Shown: in pieces, positions 59,399 through 64,000 of the stretch
How positions within the stretch are numbered: the stretch's first letter is position 1
Layout: each line of letters begins with the position of its first letter
DNA from: an uncultured Candidatus Saccharibacteria bacterium
Lineage (GTDB): Bacteria; Patescibacteriota; Minisyncoccia; UBA6257; Colwellbacteraceae
Assembly (NCBI GenBank): GCA_964360065.1
Contig: CAYHTW010000002.1
Location: 2,251 to 66,250 of the forward strand
Length of the DNA: 64,000 nt
Reading direction: 5' to 3'
The notes under the pieces: generated by a model
The model's input: only the letters and a program-made list of their open reading frames with translations
Told to the model about the DNA's origin: nothing
Databases searched by the model: none
Translations under genes and position numbers: made by a program

Positions 59399-61067
59399 AG
59401 CCCATCCAATCTATGGGGCCAGTGATACGTTCCACCTCTTTAAGCGTCGTGAGTCCCGAAACAGCTTTTAAGACGCCGTCTCCCTGCATTTCCACCATGC
59501 CCTGGGACCTGCCCAGTTTTTTAATAGCTTCTTCGGTGGCTTCATGAGCAATAAGAGCCTCCATCTCGTCGCCGCACTTCAGGAACTCAAATATACCTAT
59601 CCTTCCTTTAAACCCTTCGTGACATTTAGGACATCCCTTGGCTTCGTAGAACTTTGGAGTCAGATTGGCGTAAAGCAACTTGGTTCTCTCTGGGAGTCCG
59701 TCTATAAAACCTTTTATTTTATTAAAAGCTACTTCATCTGGGGCAACTTCCACCTTACAGTAGTCGCAAAGTTTCCTAATTAATCTTTGGGCGATAATAA
59801 TATTTATAGCTGGGCCTATAATTGAAGTCTTGGCCCCTAGGTCCACTAGTCTCGGCACGGCGCCAGCAGCATCGTTGGTGTGTAGGGTTGAAAAAACCAA
59901 GTGACCGGTTAGAGCCGCGTTCATACCTATTTCGGCAGTTTCCAAATCTCTGATTTCTCCGACTAAAATAATATCCGGGTCTTGTCTTAAAATAGAACGA
60001 AGTCCGGACGCGAAGGTGTAGCCACTGCCTGGATCAACTTGGGTTTGCTCAATTCCATCCAAATGGTATTCAATCGGGTCTTCTATGGTGATTATTTTAA
60101 GCTCCGAGCTTTTAACAGCTTTCAAAAAAGCATAAAGGGAGGTGGTCTTGCCGCTTCCCGTTGGGCCGGTCACAAGAATAGTTCCGTTGGGACGTTTTAG
60201 TTCTCTATCAATAGTTTCTCTGTCGTCTTGTCGTAATCCCAAGTCAGTAAGACTCAATAAAATAGTTTTGGGGTCCAAAACGCGCATAACTACAGTTTCT
60301 CCGTACTCGGAAGGAATGACGGAAGTTCTTATTTCTATATTTTCTTGTTTGATGGTGGTAGTGAACCTGCCATCTTGAGCTGCATCAGAAACATTAATCT
60401 TAAGACCTGAAACTAGTTTCAAACGATTTAGAACAAAAGTATAAGATGGCTTTTCTAGGCGGCAAATGTCGTAAAGTAAGCCATCTATTCTAAATCTAAC
60501 CAGTGAGTTTTCTTTAGTTGGCTCAAGGTGAATGTCGGAGGCGCCGGTTGTGATAGCCGAGCCCAGTATGAAGTCCAGTAGGCCGGTGGTCTCTGTGGAT
60601 GATTTCTCCAGTTGTTTTATCTGACTACCAATGTGGGCTAAGTCTAAGCCGACAAAAGACTCGGTTTCTTTAATATTAACTCCCTCCAAGGCTCCCTCAC
60701 GCGGAGCCTCTTTGACTTCCCGATATCGGCCCCAAGTGTGTTGTAGTCCCCTTATAGAGGAAATAAATAAGGAGACTGATATTCCCGCTTGATTAAGTTC
60801 TTCCACCAACTTCTTTAGTTCGGGATTATTTTCGTCAAAGATAGCGATAGCCAGCCTGTTATGCTTGGAGTCTACGACAGCAGCTTCGGCAAGTCTGGCT
60901 CGTTCTTCGGGTATTTTTTTAAGAAAATCTAGATTAACCGAGGTGGAAAAGAGATTAATATGGGGGAGTTTGGCCTCCACTGCGCGACGCTCGGCGTCTC
61001 TCTCTTCAGCTTCGTGGTTAAGGCGCTCTAAGTCTTCACTGATGTTTTTCTTCCCGAATAAATCCAT
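59397..61067 (-). CDS. Type II/IV secretion ATPase GspE/PilB family
   Basis: Walker A GPTGSGKTT, Asp and His boxes, a C-terminal tetracysteine motif. Confidence 0.85.
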   Translation of the reverse strand: MDLFGKKNISEDLERLNHEAEERDAERRAVEAKLPHINLFSTSVNLDFLKKIPEERARLAEAAVVDSKHNRLAIAIFDENNPELKKLVEELNQAGISVSLFISSIRGLQHTWGRYREVKEAPREGALEGVNIKETESFVGLDLAHIGSQIKQLEKSSTETTGLLDFILGSAITTGASDIHLEPTKENSLVRFRIDGLLYDICRLEKPSYTFVLNRLKLVSGLKINVSDAAQDGRFTTTIKQENIEIRTSVIPSEYGETVVMRVLDPKTILLSLTDLGLRQDDRETIDRELKRPNGTILVTGPTGSGKTTSLYAFLKAVKSSELKIITIEDPIEYHLDGIEQTQVDPGSGYTFASGLRSILRQDPDIILVGEIRDLETAEIGMNAALTGHLVFSTLHTNDAAGAVPRLVDLGAKTSIIGPAINIIIAQRLIRKLCDYCKVEVAPDEVAFNKIKGFIDGLPERTKLLYANLTPKFYEAKGCPKCHEGFKGRIGIFEFLKCGDEMEALIAHEATEEAIKKLGRSQGMVEMQGDGVLKAVSGLTTLKEVERITGPIDWMG

Positions 61068-61123
61068 AATTACTTATAATAATACTACATAAAAAGGGGC
61101 CTTTATACTACACTAATGGCACT

Positions 61124-61648
61124 ATGTCAGGACACAGTAAGTGGAAACAAATAAAACACAAAAAGGAGATAACCGATAAAAAACGGAGTCAAAATTTCAG
61201 TAAACTTCTGAAGGCTATTAAGGTGGCGGCCAAGGGTAACCCCAACCCTGAATTTAACCCCAAGCTCCGCTCGGCTATTGATAAGGCTAAAGAATTTCAG
61301 GTTCCACAAGACAATATTGAACGTGCTGTAGAACAAATTGGAGAAAAAGATTTAGAAGATGTTACTATTGAGGCTTATGGCCCCAGTGGATCGGCCTTAA
61401 TTATCGAAGCCGTAACTGATAATACCAACAGAACTATCAACGAAATTAAGAATATATTAAAGAATATGGGCGCCAAATTTGCCGAACCTGGAAGCGTACG
61501 TTGGTCTTTTAATCTACCCGCGGGGGAAGTCGGCTGGACTCCTAAGTTTGAACAGGAACTAAATGAAATTGATTTGAAAAAATTAAATGAACTCGTAGAA
61601 ACGCTTGAAGAACATGATGATGTACAAGAAGTCTTTAAGAACGCCTAG
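61124..61648 (+). CDS. YebC/PmpR-family protein (short form, 174 aa)
   Basis: MSGHSKWKQIKHKK N-terminus is characteristic of the family. Confidence 0.7.
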   Translation: MSGHSKWKQIKHKKEITDKKRSQNFSKLLKAIKVAAKGNPNPEFNPKLRSAIDKAKEFQVPQDNIERAVEQIGEKDLEDVTIEAYGPSGSALIIEAVTDNTNRTINEIKNILKNMGAKFAEPGSVRWSFNLPAGEVGWTPKFEQELNEIDLKKLNELVETLEEHDDVQEVFKNA

Positions 61649-62123
61649 TATAACCATCCTCGGAGTAGATCCCGGGACGATGAGAATAGGCTACGGGGTT
61701 ATAAGCAAGAGTGGTAGCCACTTTGAAGCTCTCACTTATGGAGTCATTGAGCCTGTTAGTGGGAACGGCCGCTTTAAAGATATAGGTCAAGGGCTTAATA
61801 AACTCATTAAAAAATATAAGCCGAATGTAGCGGCAGTAGAGAAAATATTTTTCTCCAAGAACAAGAAGACAGCCATGGCAGTGGCAGAAGCTAGGGGAGT
61901 AATTCTATTTATTTTAGAGCAACACAGCATTAAAACGCTGGAATTTTCACCCAACGAGATTAAGGCAGCCGTGACCGGCTCTGGAATGAGTGATAAGAAA
62001 ACAGTGTCTCAGTTCACAGCCTCTGCCTTAGGACTGAAAAAGATTTCTGGATACGACGATGCGGCTGATGCTTTGGCCGTAGCCGTCCGGGCAGCTTTCG
62101 AAAGGGGGGTTGACACAATATGA
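61605..62123 (+). CDS. ruvC: Crossover junction endodeoxyribonuclease RuvC (start uncertain, overlaps yebC-like 3' end)
   Basis: ILGVDPGTMRIGYGVI catalytic Asp context and the RNase H-like fold. Confidence 0.8.
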   Translation: MKNMMMYKKSLRTPSITILGVDPGTMRIGYGVISKSGSHFEALTYGVIEPVSGNGRFKDIGQGLNKLIKKYKPNVAAVEKIFFSKNKKTAMAVAEARGVILFILEQHSIKTLEFSPNEIKAAVTGSGMSDKKTVSQFTASALGLKKISGYDDAADALAVAVRAAFERGVDTI

Positions 62124-62207
62124 TGTTCGTATATACTGGGCGTGTAATAAAAAGTGTTCAAACGTTTTTAGCCAGAAAATTAAAAGGTCGTTAACTTAAA
62201 ATAGGAA

Positions 62208-62399
62208 ATGATCGCAAAGATAAAAGAAATTCTTCTTAGCCCAGACGAGGAACCGGGCAGCGAAGGGGAAGTATTAGGAGACGATGAAGAGGATATTAAG
62301 AAAAAGAAGAAGAGTGGAGACGAAGACGGTCTCTTGGACGACGAAGAAGAGAAATTGGACTTCGGCACAGACGACATAGAGGACGAAGAGGAGTCTTAG
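62208..62399 (+). CDS. Small highly acidic protein (63 aa, Asp/Glu-rich)
   Basis: Low-complexity acidic sequence followed by a strong terminator. Confidence 0.35.
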   Translation: MIAKIKEILLSPDEEPGSEGEVLGDDEEDIKKKKKSGDEDGLLDDEEEKLDFGTDDIEDEEES

Positions 62400-62424
62400 T
62401 TGATAGGTATTATTAACTTTTACG

Positions 62425-62470
62425 AACCCAGCGCCACTTTTAACATATTGCTTAAAAGTGGCGCTGGGTT
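62425..62470 (+). terminator. Rho-independent terminator (17 bp stem aacccagcgccactttt / aaaagtggcgctgggtt, 12 nt loop)
   Basis: Perfect long stem followed by tttat. Confidence 0.6.
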
Positions 62471-62491
62471 TATAAATGAATCGTACTTTCT

Positions 62492-64000
62492 ATGAGGCTT
62501 ATAGGTAAATTCGTTCTGGTTTCAATAACTTTTCTCATCTTCGGGGTGGGTTTCTTTTTTTATATTATCAAAACCCTGCCCACTACTGACGAAATAACCC
62601 AAAGACAAGTAATAGAATCTACCAAAATATATGACCGAACCGGGGAAAATTTGCTTTACGAAATCCACGGTGAAGAAAAAAGGACTGTAATTCCTTTTGA
62701 CCAAATCCCCGACATGATGAAAGAGGCCACTATCAGTATTGAGGACAGCTCTTTTTATAGTCATCCGGCCTTTGATTGGAGGGCTATATTGCGGGCTGTT
62801 TTCGTTGATATTACTACCGGCACTAGGGCCCAAGGAGCCTCAACTATAACCCAGCAACTCGCCAAGAAAGCCTTTTTGAGTTCCGAAAAAACTATTACCA
62901 GAAAAATAAAAGAGCTGGCTCTCGCTCGGAGGTTAGAAAACACTTACACCAAAGACCAAATACTTAGTCTCTATTTAAACCAGGTGCCTTACGGAGGAAA
63001 TGCTTACGGAGTAGAGGCTGCTTCACAAGCTTATTTTAACCACGACGCCGAGAAGCTAAGCCTGGGCGAGTCCGCAATGCTCGCCGCCCTTACACAGGCT
63101 CCGAGTTATTACTCTCCTTGGGGCAGCCACGCCGATGAACTGGAGGATAGAAGGAAGTTGGTTTTAAAAAGAATGTTGGATTTGGGTTATATAGACCAAG
63201 CTCAGCTTGACTTTGCTTCGGCCAATAAGCCGGAGGTGGTTTCCCAACCTACTTCAAGTATCAGGGCTCCCCATTTTGTTTTTTACGTCCAGGATTATCT
63301 AAGGGAAAAATACGGTGAGGACGCCCTGGAGGCTGGCGGGTTAAAAGTTATAACCACTTTGGATTGGAACTTACAGCAGGCGGCTGAATTGGCGATAGAA
63401 AACGGTGTTAAGAGAAATAGCGAGCTTTACGGAGGAGAAAATGCGGCCATGGTGGTAGAGGATCCTACCACCGGGCAGATACTGGCCATGGTCGGTTCTA
63501 AAGATTATTTTGCCGATCCGGTGCCTAGGGGCTGTACCCCGGGGAAGAACTGTAGGTTTGAGGGTAATTTTAACGTTGCCACTCAGGGCCAGAGACAACC
63601 AGGCTCGGCTTTAAAGCCCTTTGTCTACATGACACTGCTGCAGCAGGGATTCTTGCCGGAAACTATTCTCTGGGACGTACCTACTGAATTTGCGACCGGC
63701 CGATCAGACTGTCCCGCCGATGTTAGTTTCGCCAACGAAAACACAAAATGTTACCATCCCAAAAATTTTGATGGTAAGTTCAGGGGGCCAGTAATGGTTC
63801 GGGAGGCTCTGGCCCAATCCATTAACGTCCCGGCCGTGAAGGCGCTTTATTTAGCTGGCCTCAAGAATGTATTGGATAATCTTTCGGCTTTCGGGATAAC
63901 AACCTTAAGCGACTCAAGTCGTTTCGGCTTATCACTGACCCTTGGAGGAGGGGAAGTTAAACTCACCGAACTAGTTGGAGCTTATTCGGTTTTAGCTAAC
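62492..64000 (+). CDS. Penicillin-binding protein 1A-type bifunctional transglycosylase/transpeptidase (partial, continues past the window end)
   Basis: N-terminal TM helix and GT51 motifs EDSSFYSHPAFDW, GASTITQQLAK, QVPYGGNAYGVEAAS. It is not in the ORF track because it has no stop within the window. Confidence 0.8.
   Translation, partial: MRLIGKFVLVSITFLIFGVGFFFYIIKTLPTTDEITQRQVIESTKIYDRTGENLLYEIHGEEKRTVIPFDQIPDMMKEATISIEDSSFYSHPAFDWRAILRAVFVDITTGTRAQGASTITQQLAKKAFLSSEKTITRKIKELALARRLENTYTKDQILSLYLNQVPYGGNAYGVEAASQAYFNHDAEKLSLGESAMLAALTQAPSYYSPWGSHADELEDRRKLVLKRMLDLGYIDQAQLDFASANKPEVVSQPTSSIRAPHFVFYVQDYLREKYGEDALEAGGLKVITTLDWNLQQAAELAIENGVKRNSELYGGENAAMVVEDPTTGQILAMVGSKDYFADPVPRGCTPGKNCRFEGNFNVATQGQRQPGSALKPFVYMTLLQQGFLPETILWDVPTEFATGRSDCPADVSFANENTKCYHPKNFDGKFRGPVMVREALAQSINVPAVKALYLAGLKNVLDNLSAFGITTLSDSSRFGLSLTLGGGEVKLTELVGAYSVLAN

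Noticed and set aside
62180-62377. Ser-rich 65 aa - strand ORF
   Set aside because: Antisense of the acidic small protein ORF. It is a low-complexity mirror.
1-64000. CRISPR arrays, rRNA genes, IS transposases
   Set aside because: No regularly spaced direct repeats, no rRNA-like conserved stretches and no transposase-like ORFs were seen on either strand.

Overview
This 64 kb window appears to come from a low-GC (roughly 40-45%), gene-dense bacterial chromosome. The gene content suggests a Candidate Phyla Radiation / Patescibacteria-type genome, though I cannot confirm that from sequence alone. Supporting features include many small membrane proteins, VirB2/TrbC-like mini-pilins, a lamin-tail-domain protein, a stand-alone 5'-3' exonuclease, and split or overlapping genes.

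Most of the window is housekeeping. Recognisable genes include HU, RNase Y, ClpB, an HtrA-like protease, cysteine desulfurase, FtsK, RecA, CspA, TyrRS, ClpP, inorganic pyrophosphatase, NusA, PNPase, S15, XerC-like recombinase, a GDH-family dehydrogenase, GyrA, S1, FtsH, a ZnuABC-like transporter, S20, a HolA-like protein, a sensor histidine kinase, TsaE, RuvB, a PilB/GspE ATPase, a YebC-like protein, RuvC and a partial PBP1A. I called 11 tRNA genes (His, Phe, Arg-CCT, Arg-TCT, Pro, Gly, Trp, Leu-TAG, Ile-UAU, Val). I saw no rRNA, CRISPR array or transposase.

The most interesting signals are small nuclease genes with clear insertion scars:
- A free-standing LAGLIDADG endonuclease is bracketed by three copies of a GTTTCACGTGAAAC palindrome (18 bp and 24 bp perfect versions).
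- A YhbQ-like GIY-YIG gene sits in front of tRNA-Val, flanked by a duplicated tRNA 5' end and a GC-rich hairpin.
- A NYN-domain gene cassette sits at the 3' end of the XerC-like gene, flanked by a 75 bp direct repeat whose differences are all synonymous in the recombinase frame.
- A second NYN gene is wedged, translationally coupled, between rpsO and pnp.

Other notable features are a compositionally distinct copper-homeostasis island next to tRNA-Gly (CsoR, CopA, a CcdA-like protein and several uncharacterised Cys-motif proteins), three tandem VirB2-like mini-pilins beside a solute-binding protein, RPE-like in-frame palindromic insertions in the cysteine desulfurase gene, a frameshifted phosphomannomutase, and a tRNA-Ile with a UAU anticodon.
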